This document shows, piece by piece, positions 24,121-32,739 of a stretch of 35,556 bases of DNA. The translations under genes and the position numbers were made by a program. This DNA comes from a virus. Lineage: Duplodnaviria > Caudoviricetes. The stretch is taken from IMG/VR virus record IMGVR_UViG_3300011443_000036, positions 1 through 35,556 of that record, one strand, 5' to 3'. Within the stretch, counting starts at the first letter, position 1. Each line of letters starts with the position of its first letter. Below the pieces are notes generated by a model. It was not told the origin of the DNA. It worked only from the letters and a program-made list of their open reading frames with translations, and searched no databases.

Positions 24121-24149
24121 TTGCGTTGGCGTCAGTCTTGCCCCACAAT
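24121..24149 (+). promoter_or_regulatory. Candidate sigma70-type promoter
   Basis: TTGCGT 24121-26, 17 nt spacer, CACAAT 24144-49, in an AT-richer intergenic gap. Confidence 0.45.
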
Positions 24150-24161
24150 CTTTCCGTCCCC

Positions 24162-24467
24162 ATGTTGACGTTGTTCCCCCGCTACCCCGCGTGCGAGTGG
24201 TGCGGGGCGAGTCATGCCCAGACCTCGTTGTGTCAGGCCCGTCCTGGGGTGACGCGCCGGTCCTTTCTCTTCCTCTCTGGCGCGGCGGCGGTCGCTGCGA
24301 TCGTCGCGCCGTCCCTTCCCGCCGCCTACAAGCCGACGACCATCACCGAGATTATGTTGACGGCCGCTCGGCCGATCACCTATAAGCCCGGCGCCTTCGT
24401 TGTTGCCATGTCGAAGGAGATGGATGCGCTGATTCGAGACGTGCTCGAACTCGGGAGGGCCGCCTGA
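24162..24467 (+). CDS. Small protein with twin-arginine (Tat)-like motif
   Basis: CEWC...H...C then TRRSFLFLSGAAAVAAIVAP; alternative GTG start at 24249. Confidence 0.6.
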   Translation: MLTLFPRYPACEWCGASHAQTSLCQARPGVTRRSFLFLSGAAAVAAIVAPSLPAAYKPTTITEIMLTAARPITYKPGAFVVAMSKEMDALIRDVLELGRAA

Positions 24468-24946
24468 TGGGTCACGAGGCCGCCATCACCAAGAAGCGCG
24501 TGCTGGGGAAGGTCGAGCAGTGCCTCGTCGCGACAAACGAGTCCATTGCGACGACCGAGGATCTGCGCACGGCGCACAACGCGTTCTCCGCGAAGGTGCG
24601 TAGTCACCTCGATAGCCTTGACGCGTGCGACAAGCATCTCGCGGGACAGGTCGACACGCTCAAGACCCGCGCTGCCGCCGCCGCGGCCTGGTGCGAGCAG
24701 AACGAGAAGGCGGTCAAGGGCTTCGGTGACGCGCTCGTGATTGCCGTGTCGGACCGCCCGACGTTCGAGCAGGTCGCGATGACCATCGCCCACATGACGT
24801 GCGAGGACCGGGCCCGGCTCGAAGCCCTCTGGTCGATGACGTTCTGGCAGCGCGTGCGGTTCGTGTGCTTCGGGACGCTGCCGACCGTTCCGGATTGCCC
24901 GGGCCTGAGCGAGACCCTGAGCGAACACATGGAGAACAGCCTGTGA
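24467..24946 (+). CDS. Hypothetical helical protein (159 aa)
   Basis: GGGAGG SD, TGATG coupling. Confidence 0.7.
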   Translation: MGHEAAITKKRVLGKVEQCLVATNESIATTEDLRTAHNAFSAKVRSHLDSLDACDKHLAGQVDTLKTRAAAAAAWCEQNEKAVKGFGDALVIAVSDRPTFEQVAMTIAHMTCEDRARLEALWSMTFWQRVRFVCFGTLPTVPDCPGLSETLSEHMENSL

Positions 24947-25266
24947 CGGGCGTCGACCTCTCGACCGCGATTCTCCTGCTCGTGGCGCTGGTGCTGGTGG
25001 GCGTGCTGTTCGCGCTGCTCACGCACGGTTCCGGCCCGAGTGAGGCCGACCTCAAGGTCTCGTTCCTCGAGGAGCAGCTCGCGGATGCCCGCGCGCGCGA
25101 GGCGTACTGGAAGAAGCGCGCGGAACTCTACATCGACCGGGCCTCCGCGAAGGCTGGACTGACGCACGAGCCCGTCATGGCCGAGCGGTCTCCGGTCGAG
25201 GGCATGATCTCCGCCCTGGCGGGCGCAGGCATGACCGAATTCGACTCGACCAAGCTGAAAGGGTGA
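24943..25266 (+). CDS. Membrane-anchored coiled-coil protein (107 aa)
   Basis: GTGA overlap; AILLLVALVLVGVLFALL TM followed by a charged helix. Confidence 0.7.
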   Translation: MTGVDLSTAILLLVALVLVGVLFALLTHGSGPSEADLKVSFLEEQLADARAREAYWKKRAELYIDRASAKAGLTHEPVMAERSPVEGMISALAGAGMTEFDSTKLKG

Positions 25267-25271
25267 GGCAG

Positions 25272-25517
25272 ATGCAGGACATCTCCGGTTCTCGGAAGAA
25301 GGCCATCCTCGAAGCCGCCGACCGTTTATGGAAGGTGCTGGTCGAGAACACGCCGCCGAGCCCGGCGCTAAGCGACGCGTGCGACCTCGTGTACACCGCG
25401 GCGCGGATAGCCTTCGAGTCGTTCGAGCCGCCGGCGCCGCCAGTGGTAGCGTTCGAGCCGCCGGCCGTCGTCGAGGAGCCGAAGCCGAAGGCCAAGGGCA
25501 AGAAGGGTAAGAAGTAG
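25272..25517 (+). CDS. Hypothetical protein with Pro- and Lys-rich tail
   Basis: GAGG before ATG; ends PKPKAKGKKGKK. Confidence 0.65.
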   Translation: MQDISGSRKKAILEAADRLWKVLVENTPPSPALSDACDLVYTAARIAFESFEPPAPPVVAFEPPAVVEEPKPKAKGKKGKK

Positions 25518-25684
25518 GGGATTTATAGAGGGGCCGCGCGCAACACGCCACCGCCAGCGATGGGTAGGTCGAGCGGGGTCAGCGCGGTCCCGGTTACTTT
25601 GAAGGGGGATGAGATAGCGGCCAGCGTAGCCACTCGCCCCAACGCCGCCTAGCTGGCGGGCGAAGAAAATGGGCCAGCAAATTT

Positions 25685-25760
25685 CGCGGGGTAGATCAGC
25701 GGTCAGATCGTTGCGCTCATAACGCAAAGGCCACGGGTTCGAGTCCCGTCCCCGCATCCA
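25685..25760 (+). tRNA. tRNA-Met(CAU), initiator (fMet)-like
   Basis: 76-nt cloverleaf. Acceptor CGCGGGG/CCCCGCA with C1xA72 mismatch; D-stem GATC/GATC (A11-U24); anticodon CAT 25718-20; T-loop TTCGAGT; encoded CCA. Confidence 0.93.
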
Positions 25761-25932
25761 GTTTCTGTGTGTCGGCAGCACGACATCGACTTACGACCTT
25801 TTCGAGCACGCGTGACAGGCACACAGATTCAATGCCAGGGACAGGCCCCGTGCGAGCGCGGCACGCGGCAGGCTGACGCGGTTAGACGAACGGTAGCCAC
25901 CGATGGACCCGGGTTTCTCGGAGGAGGAGCAG

Positions 25933-25974
25933 ATGAGCAAGAAGAAGAGCGGCGGGAAGAAGAAACGCTGCTGA
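25933..25974 (+). CDS. 13-aa basic peptide MSKKKSGGKKKRC
   Basis: Very strong SD GGAGGAGGAG just upstream of the ATG. Confidence 0.5.
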   Translation: MSKKKSGGKKKRC

Positions 25975-26035
25975 TGACCCGGGTGTGAGACCCCGGTTTC
26001 GTGAGTCTCACTGGTTGCGGGGGCGGAGCACGACA

Positions 26036-26068
26036 CACCGAACAGAGCCGGGCCAAGGCAGTGCGGTG
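26036..26068 (+). promoter_or_regulatory. Conserved hairpin element, copy 1 (before portal start)
   Basis: CACCGA-aca-GAGCCGGGCCAAGG-ca-GTGCGGTG; near-identical to 33409-33440. Confidence 0.7.
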
Positions 26069-26070
26069 GG

Positions 26071-28503
26071 TTGGACGACAGCGTAGAACCCGGGATCGAC
26101 CCGACGGCAGACGACTTTGCCGCCGAGGCCGCGCCTACATCACAAGAACGCCAACCGGATTACGTCGACGCTGCGGAGCGTCTCCTCCGGAGGTGTATCG
26201 ACAACGCGTCGAACAACAGCGCGCGGGTCGAACGCGACCGCGCCGACCACCTGAACCTGCTCTACGAGCGCGGCGGCCCTGACAATCAATACGTCATCTT
26301 CGACCAGGGCACCGGCCGCTTCGTGACCCGTGGTCACGACCCCGCCCGCGGCGGACTCCCCGAATGGATGCCGCGGCCCGTCACGCCGCTCTACTCGAAC
26401 AAGATCGACGGCATCGTCTCGCAGCTCAATCGCGCGGACCCCGCGAAGGTGTTCGCGCCGGCCACCGACGACGACGAGGACCTGGCGACCGCCGACGTCG
26501 CGGACCACGCGATGCCGGTCCTGCTCGACGAGATCAACTACTCGGACGCCGTTCGCCCCGACATTCATCGCTCGATCGTCCTGACCGACAAGGTCGCGCT
26601 GGAGGTCTACTACGACAACGACCCCAAGCACGGCTCGCAAGACATCCTCGCGCAGCAGTGCGACGCGTGCCTGGCGAACATGGACGCCGAAGAGTCCATG
26701 TTCCTGCCGATGGACCTGCCGGAGGAGGCCCCCGACACGTGCCCGCACTGTGGCGGACCCCTCAGCCCCGCCGTCGACCCCCGCACGCAAGCCCCCATCG
26801 GGCTCGCCTACCCCAAGGGCAAGATGTCGGCGCGCCTCCACTCGTCCTTCGAGTTCTCACTGCCGACGTCCGCCCGTACGCACCGCGCCGAGGAGAATCC
26901 GTGGTGGCTCGGGCACTCCCGCTACTCGTGGGAAGACGCAATCGCGCAGTGGGGCTCGAAGATTCGGACCCTCCGCTCGCGCGGCGCCGCCCACGGCTCG
27001 ACGGGCACGGTCTCGCGCGTCCTGGCCGATGCGGTGCGACGGTTGTCCTCGCCGCGGTCCAGCCGTGACACCGGCGGCGGCGCGAAGAACGATGACGGGC
27101 CGGTCGTCTATCACCTCCTGCACGACCCCATCGAGGACGAGGACTTCTACTTCCCCGAGGGGCTCTCCGCGTGGATGGCGGACGACGTCCTGCTCGATGC
27201 GGGCCCGCTCGACTACGTCGATTCGGACGGCAAGCCCTTCAAGAACGTCCTGACGCGCACCTTCCGCGCGACGCCGGGCAGTCCATTCGGGCATCCGCCG
27301 GCCGACGACATGGTGCCGATGCAGTACCAGCGCAACTTGCTGGAGGCGCTGCTCATGTCGATCCTGATGCACCACGCCTCGCCGCGGGAGTACATCCCGC
27401 TCTCGGTCACGTTGGAGAAGCCGCCGACCGGCGTCCCTGGCGAGCACATCTACTTCCGGTCCGTCGTCCCTGGCGAGCATCCCATCGTCGCGCCGGGCAA
27501 CAACCCGCCCGAGGGGCTCTACAAGTGGATCGACCAGATCGATCAGAAGTTCGATGAAGTCTCCAAGCTCAATGCCGTGCTCCAGGGCGAGCGGCCCCAA
27601 GGCGATCCCACGCTGGGCGAGATCGAGATTCTGAAGGAAGAGGGGCAGTCCGCGTTCTCCGAGCCCTACCTCGAACTGGTGCGCTTCGAGCGGCAGCTGT
27701 GCCGCTACCTGCTCTGGATCGCGCGCGACACGCTCTGGGTCGAGCGCACGCACCGCGTCATGGGGGAGAACGGCGCGTGGGAAGTCCAGCAGTTCACCGG
27801 CGCGGACCTGCAAGGCCGCGTGGACGTGCAAATCGACCTCGCGAGCGCCTGGCCCAAGTCGACCTTGATGCAGAAGATGAACTTCAAGGCCGCGCTGGAG
27901 ATTGGCGCCTTCCAGATGATGGCGATGGACCCCGAGCTGGGCGCGAAGGTCCTCGAACTCTACGACCTGACCGAGTTCAAACCCTCCTTCGACGCCGACC
28001 GCCAGCAAATCATGCGCGAGCTCGATCGGTGGAAGGCCGCGGTCTCCCCGATGGAGATCGCGCCGCCAGACCCCGTCCTGATGAACCTGCCGATGCACGC
28101 GCATCACAAGCTGCAGTTCCTCAAGACCGAGGAGTGCGAGCGCCTGGCCGCGCAGAACCCGCCGCTCTTCCAGGCGATGAAACAGCACGTCCAGATAATC
28201 CAGCAGACGTTGGCGATGCAGGCCGCCGCCGCCGCTGCTGCGCAGAACCCGCAGCCGCCCGGCACGGAAGAGGACACGGGCGACGGCGGCAAGACGCTCG
28301 AAAGCGCCATTCAGAGCGGCGCGCTGCAGCCCGCCGGCGCGGGTGGCGACCCCTTGGAGCAAGCGATGGCGCAAGGCGCGCTGGTGCCCGCGGGCGCCGC
28401 CGCCGCGCAGCAGCCGAGCGGTCCCTCGATTGACGACTTGATCGCGCAGGGCGCGATACAGCCCGCGGCCCCCGAGGGCGCGGAAGGAATGCCACGTCCA
28501 TGA
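26071..28503 (+). CDS. Portal protein
   Basis: 810 aa between terL and scaffold/MCP. N-terminal P..LYSNKI..IVSQL...P...D..D..TA..A pattern typical of P22-like portals; Q/A/P-rich tail. Confidence 0.85.
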   Translation: MDDSVEPGIDPTADDFAAEAAPTSQERQPDYVDAAERLLRRCIDNASNNSARVERDRADHLNLLYERGGPDNQYVIFDQGTGRFVTRGHDPARGGLPEWMPRPVTPLYSNKIDGIVSQLNRADPAKVFAPATDDDEDLATADVADHAMPVLLDEINYSDAVRPDIHRSIVLTDKVALEVYYDNDPKHGSQDILAQQCDACLANMDAEESMFLPMDLPEEAPDTCPHCGGPLSPAVDPRTQAPIGLAYPKGKMSARLHSSFEFSLPTSARTHRAEENPWWLGHSRYSWEDAIAQWGSKIRTLRSRGAAHGSTGTVSRVLADAVRRLSSPRSSRDTGGGAKNDDGPVVYHLLHDPIEDEDFYFPEGLSAWMADDVLLDAGPLDYVDSDGKPFKNVLTRTFRATPGSPFGHPPADDMVPMQYQRNLLEALLMSILMHHASPREYIPLSVTLEKPPTGVPGEHIYFRSVVPGEHPIVAPGNNPPEGLYKWIDQIDQKFDEVSKLNAVLQGERPQGDPTLGEIEILKEEGQSAFSEPYLELVRFERQLCRYLLWIARDTLWVERTHRVMGENGAWEVQQFTGADLQGRVDVQIDLASAWPKSTLMQKMNFKAALEIGAFQMMAMDPELGAKVLELYDLTEFKPSFDADRQQIMRELDRWKAAVSPMEIAPPDPVLMNLPMHAHHKLQFLKTEECERLAAQNPPLFQAMKQHVQIIQQTLAMQAAAAAAAQNPQPPGTEEDTGDGGKTLESAIQSGALQPAGAGGDPLEQAMAQGALVPAGAAAAQQPSGPSIDDLIAQGAIQPAAPEGAEGMPRP

Positions 28504-28516
28504 CGCGGCAGACACG

Positions 28517-28593
28517 CGTGGAGGGCGTTCGCGTTCGTATCGTGCCCCTCGCGCCGGCCCGGCTCCGAGGGTCGAGCGTGGGCGCTCTCCACG
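28517..28593 (+). other. Long intergenic stem (portal-scaffold gap)
   Basis: CGTGGAGGGCG pairs with CGCTCTCCACG (11 bp, one G-U), enclosing 55 nt. Confidence 0.45.
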
Positions 28594-28653
28594 GTTTCGT
28601 TTCACGGACACCGCGCACGCGGCTCGACATAGCCCGGGCGCTTGGAGGCAGCA

Positions 28654-29757
28654 ATGTTGATTGATTTTACCGTCCCACGACGTACAGGCGTGGTCTCGTC
28701 TTTGGACGCGGACCGATTTGACCTCGACGTCGACGGCGGTGCGAACCCTGATGAAGGCGGGGGTGACGGCTCGCAGCCGATCAATGCAGACGCCGACCTC
28801 GACGCGACTGAGGGCGCCAACGCGGATACGCGGCAGGCGGCCGGTGACGGCGCGGGCGAGGATGACGACGACGACGATGACGACGTCGACGCACGCTACG
28901 AGGGATTGCCCGCGGACGAGCAGATCAAGCGTCTGCGCGCGGGACTCAAGAAAGCCAAGCGGAAGCTCGCCAAGCGCACGCCGGTCTATCAGCAGGTTCA
29001 AGAGATGGTCGCCCAAGGACTCTCTCTGGATGACCTGAAACTGACCCACCGGCAATATCGCTTGCTCAGCGAGCAGATCGCGACCAATCCCCGATTGCGC
29101 GCGTTGGTCAATGGTGGCGAGGATGCGACGGAGAGTCGCCCCGCCCGTCGTGACACGAGCCGTCCAGCTGTGGACGCCGAGTTCACGTTTGATGACTCCG
29201 CCGAGGCGCTCGGATTCGATCCGAAGGACAGCCTGGTCAACCGGAATCTCGCGGCCTCGATGCGAGATACGGCCTTCCTGAAGCATCAGGTCACGAAGTT
29301 GCTCGCGCGACTGGACCCCGACGCCATCGAACGGCGCGTGGGGGGACTCGAACGGCAGACCGTGACCACCAGGCGGCAAGCCATCGAACGGGAGTGGACC
29401 GAGGCGACGAACGCCGCGGTGCTGCACATCACGGACCCGAACAAGAAGCGCGAAGAAGGCTTGCGCGTGTTGTTCAAGGACCAGATGCGCTCTGCGATGG
29501 AGAAGACCGGCGGCACCCGCGCCGCCAAGGACATCGTCGCCCACTACTTCGCCAAACTCGGCATCGATCCACGAGCCACGGCCCGAGCCACGTCGGCGGC
29601 GGCGCGAACCACGCAGCAAGGCGCCGCGCGTGTGCAGCAACTTCAACGCCAGCCCGGGCAATCCGGCCAGCCGGCCCCAGCGAAACCCGCCAAGCGCGAA
29701 CTCCTCTCGGATGTGGGGAAGCGGTTGCGGTCCGTTGGGGGCCAGCAGGTTCGGTAG
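28654..29757 (+). CDS. Probable capsid scaffolding protein
   Basis: GGAGG SD; very acidic N-terminal region (poly-Asp), coiled coils, basic C-terminus; directly upstream of MCP. Confidence 0.72.
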   Translation: MLIDFTVPRRTGVVSSLDADRFDLDVDGGANPDEGGGDGSQPINADADLDATEGANADTRQAAGDGAGEDDDDDDDDVDARYEGLPADEQIKRLRAGLKKAKRKLAKRTPVYQQVQEMVAQGLSLDDLKLTHRQYRLLSEQIATNPRLRALVNGGEDATESRPARRDTSRPAVDAEFTFDDSAEALGFDPKDSLVNRNLAASMRDTAFLKHQVTKLLARLDPDAIERRVGGLERQTVTTRRQAIEREWTEATNAAVLHITDPNKKREEGLRVLFKDQMRSAMEKTGGTRAAKDIVAHYFAKLGIDPRATARATSAAARTTQQGAARVQQLQRQPGQSGQPAPAKPAKRELLSDVGKRLRSVGGQQVR

Positions 29758-29794
29758 CTGACGGTCTGGCGACTCAGAACAGGGAGACCGCCTT

Positions 29795-31132
29795 ATGAGA
29801 AGCATTTGTTCGGTCGTCGGCGTCCTGGGGACGCTGCTCGACCGCTACTACATGCCGGGATCGGACCTGACGCAGTGGGACCCACTGCTCAAGGACGACT
29901 ACGCCCCGGCCATCGTGAACCAGCTCGGGGAAGAGAACATTATCCTCAAGTTCATGGAATCGGAGACCCCGGATGACACCTGGGTCGGCCGCAAGAAGGT
30001 TATTCCGATCAAGATCGGCCGCAACTGGTCGGTCGGCTCCATTCCCGAACGTGGCCGCCTGCCGCAGGCCGGCCGGACGTCCTACGAGAACTTCGAAGTC
30101 CCGATGCGCCGGACGTACGGCCGCGTGGGCTTCGGCCGCGACGTTATCGAGCAGTCGCGCAGCAAGAAGGGCTCGTGGCAGCAGGTTATCCCCTCGGAAA
30201 TGGAATCCCTCACCGAGGATATGTCCAAGCTGCGGAACCGCGTGTGCTGGGGCTACGGCTCGGGCATCCTCGCGCTCGTCAACGGCGCGCAGACCGCGGA
30301 CACCACGATCGAAGTGGATTCGCCCGGCAACATCGCCGGCTCGGTCATGGGCAACCGCTACATCTACGGCGACGCTACGTCGGGGATGTATGTCGCGTTC
30401 CTCGACTCCTCGAACGTGGTCCAGGGCACGGCGACCGTCACGGGCGTGGCAGCGGCGGGCACCTCGATCACCGTCGATACCGCCATCACGTGCGATGACA
30501 ACGCGAAGATCGTCATTGCGCAGGCCGCCGCACAGAACTCCTACAACATCGAGCCCGAAGGCATCATGGCGGGTATCGACGACGGGACGTACGTCGGCAC
30601 CTACCACACCTTGTCGCGCACGACCTACCCGATGCTCCAGTCCTACGTGGTGACGGGTGTGGGCGCGCTCTCCCTCGATGCCATTCAGCAGCCCATCGAC
30701 GCCGTGTCGATCAAGGTTGGCAAGGGTATCGACTTCTTCGGCTGCGAACACGCCGTACGCCGCGCGTACCTGGCGCTGCTCGAAGCCGACCGCCGCTACA
30801 CCGGCGCGGATCTCCGCTCGCCGGACGGTGGCACCAAGGCCGCCAAGAAGCCCACGGGCCGGAACATCACCTACGGCGACCTCCCCCTGGTGGTCGACGG
30901 TGACGCGCCGTACCGGATGCTCTTCGGCGTCAACAAGGGTTCGTGGACCCGCTATGTCGAGAACGAAGGCAAGTGGGCCGACGAAGAGGGCAGCGTGTTG
31001 AAGTGGGTGCAGGACTACGACGAGTACACCGCCTTCTTCTACATCCTCGACAACTTCCACAACCAGACGCCCAATCGGTCGTTCCGGATGGAAGGCATCG
31101 ACGTCACGCAGCTCCTCGTGCACAGCTTCTAA
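29795..31132 (+). CDS. Major capsid protein (HK97-fold, with probable insertion domain)
   Basis: 445 aa after scaffold. LK..Y.P.I..QL N-arm, E.G.LP.AG E-loop, long helix ending WG.GSG, T/V/G-rich insertion about aa 160-250. Alternative start 29852. Confidence 0.85.
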   Translation: MRSICSVVGVLGTLLDRYYMPGSDLTQWDPLLKDDYAPAIVNQLGEENIILKFMESETPDDTWVGRKKVIPIKIGRNWSVGSIPERGRLPQAGRTSYENFEVPMRRTYGRVGFGRDVIEQSRSKKGSWQQVIPSEMESLTEDMSKLRNRVCWGYGSGILALVNGAQTADTTIEVDSPGNIAGSVMGNRYIYGDATSGMYVAFLDSSNVVQGTATVTGVAAAGTSITVDTAITCDDNAKIVIAQAAAQNSYNIEPEGIMAGIDDGTYVGTYHTLSRTTYPMLQSYVVTGVGALSLDAIQQPIDAVSIKVGKGIDFFGCEHAVRRAYLALLEADRRYTGADLRSPDGGTKAAKKPTGRNITYGDLPLVVDGDAPYRMLFGVNKGSWTRYVENEGKWADEEGSVLKWVQDYDEYTAFFYILDNFHNQTPNRSFRMEGIDVTQLLVHSF

Positions 31133-31144
31133 CGCGCACGCTCA

Positions 31145-31181
31145 GGCGCGCGGTGCGGCCGGTTATGGCCCACCGCGCGCC
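31145..31181 (+). terminator. Strong hairpin after MCP (terminator/attenuator or stabiliser)
   Basis: GGCGCGCGGTG/CACCGCGCGCC perfect 11 bp plus inner GGCC/GGCC; only a weak T-tract follows. Confidence 0.45.
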
Positions 31182-31202
31182 GGGAGCCTTTCAGGAGGGT
31201 TT

Positions 31203-31832
31203 ATGAGCACCACTGGATTTACGCCGCCGGTTCTCGCGCACGAAGTCGCGGACCTGACGGCCTCGGGCGTTGCCAATGCCTCGACGATCAAGGCGGGAGA
31301 CCGCGTGTTGTGCATCAACCGCGGACGCAAGCCCCTGCTTGATACGTTCGACGGCCGACACGTGCAGATGCCCGCCGGGCACTTCACGTTGGAGTTCGAC
31401 GCCGCCTCGCACTTCCACCGCCGGCTGATTGTGCCGGGCACGCGGAGTCTGGTCTCGGCGGAGAGCTACACCAGCTTCATCGGCATCTACGGCACCGTCG
31501 ATGGACGCGTGAAGTTCCACAGCGAGAAGGATTGCGAGCCGTTCACCGACGAACAGCTGGAGCGATGGGGCGAACGCCTCGAAGGACTCGACCGTTCCGA
31601 GATGCCGAATCGGGCCGATCGCGAGGTCACGCCCGTGGCAACCGGCGTCGTGGCGGCCTCGATGCACCGCGCGTCACGGCCTGGCATCGACGTCAGTGCC
31701 CAAGCGACCGCGGACGCCGAAGCCGCCGCGGCCGAGGTGTTGGCGCCGCCCACGGAGAGCGCGACACGCGAAGCCGAGCACGAAGCCGACCGCGAAGGGC
31801 TCCCGAGACCCCGCGCGACGAGGAAGCGATAG
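31203..31832 (+). CDS. Hypothetical head-module protein (209 aa)
   Basis: AGGAGG SD; GC3-rich. Confidence 0.75.
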   Translation: MSTTGFTPPVLAHEVADLTASGVANASTIKAGDRVLCINRGRKPLLDTFDGRHVQMPAGHFTLEFDAASHFHRRLIVPGTRSLVSAESYTSFIGIYGTVDGRVKFHSEKDCEPFTDEQLERWGERLEGLDRSEMPNRADREVTPVATGVVAASMHRASRPGIDVSAQATADAEAAAAEVLAPPTESATREAEHEADREGLPRPRATRKR

Positions 31833-31835
31833 CCG

Positions 31836-32345
31836 ATGACCCCACACGTGCCCGTGCCGGCGCATCTCCGAGTCGACCCCGAGCTGGAGGACGCCGTCGC
31901 GTACCTCGGGTTCGTCGATCCGGAGCTGCGCCTCCGCAAGAGCGCGGAGTGCCTCAACCTCTACATCCTCGAGCGCCGGTGTCGACGGGCACCGGCGACG
32001 AACACGGGGATGCGCGACGAGTCGGACATGCACATTCAGGCGCGGGACGGCTACATCCACGTGTCCAGCGTGCATCCGAACTGGCTGACCAAGCCGTGGA
32101 ACATGCGCCGCGCGCTGCTCGAAGAGGGGACCGACCTCTGGGCGAACGGCGGGCACGACAAGGTGGCCGACGAGATGGAGTACGAGGAAGCGTGGGCCAC
32201 AGAGACGCAGAAACGCCGGAGAAAGGGCCTGTATCGCGAGATCGCGTCTGACAGCTTCGGCCCGGCGCAGCGGATGAACATTGGCGGGTCGCGCCCCCGC
32301 CTATCCAACGTCGGCGTGCAGCCGTTGCACGTCGTTTCACAGTAG
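31836..32345 (+). CDS. Hypothetical head-module protein (169 aa)
   Basis: GAGGA upstream; GC3-rich. Confidence 0.72.
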   Translation: MTPHVPVPAHLRVDPELEDAVAYLGFVDPELRLRKSAECLNLYILERRCRRAPATNTGMRDESDMHIQARDGYIHVSSVHPNWLTKPWNMRRALLEEGTDLWANGGHDKVADEMEYEEAWATETQKRRRKGLYREIASDSFGPAQRMNIGGSRPRLSNVGVQPLHVVSQ

Positions 32346-32358
32346 AGGGAGATCCTCA

Positions 32359-32739
32359 ATGAGCACTCGACTCACGCGGCGTGTCGTCGCCAAGACCGCG
32401 GACTACACGATCGTCTACCCGATGGACGCGCCGGGCACCATCTTCACCAATAACGGCGCCACCGGCGCGGTCATCTTCACGCTGCCGACCGCGTCCAAGG
32501 CGCTCCTGGGCGTCGAATACCTGTTCAAGACCGTCGTGGACTACGACGTCACGGTCAAGCCACCGGCGGTCGATACCGCGCTCAGCTTGAACGACCTCAC
32601 GGCCGATTCGCTCGCCGCGTCCACGTCGAGCCAGAAGATCGGCGCGGAAATGAAGGCCGTCTGTGTGCCGACCGCGGCCGGCTACTCGTGGGCGCTCTCG
32701 GGCGTCGCCGTCGGACATACGTACACGCTCGCCACGTAA
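32359..32739 (+). CDS. Beta-rich virion (decoration/head-fibre-type) protein
   Basis: AKTADYTI...GTIFTN.GATGAV.FTLP motif; SD AGAGGGAG; paralogue of the next gene. Confidence 0.7.
   Translation: MSTRLTRRVVAKTADYTIVYPMDAPGTIFTNNGATGAVIFTLPTASKALLGVEYLFKTVVDYDVTVKPPAVDTALSLNDLTADSLAASTSSQKIGAEMKAVCVPTAAGYSWALSGVAVGHTYTLAT

Noticed and set aside
24943-25266. Holin/spanin (lysis cassette) call for the membrane proteins near terL
   Set aside because: No endolysin or lipobox-bearing partner is visible; a TM helix plus coiled coil is insufficient
25685-25760. tRNA as a prophage attachment site
   Set aside because: It lies inside the packaging module with phage genes on both sides; no integrase or duplicated 3' end in the window
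26857-29805. 982-aa minus-strand ORF (also 29774-31123, 5454-6437, 974-1741 and similar)
   Set aside because: Antisense shadows of GC3-rich genes (portal, scaffold, MCP, sbcC); no motifs, and stops are rare in this frame at high GC
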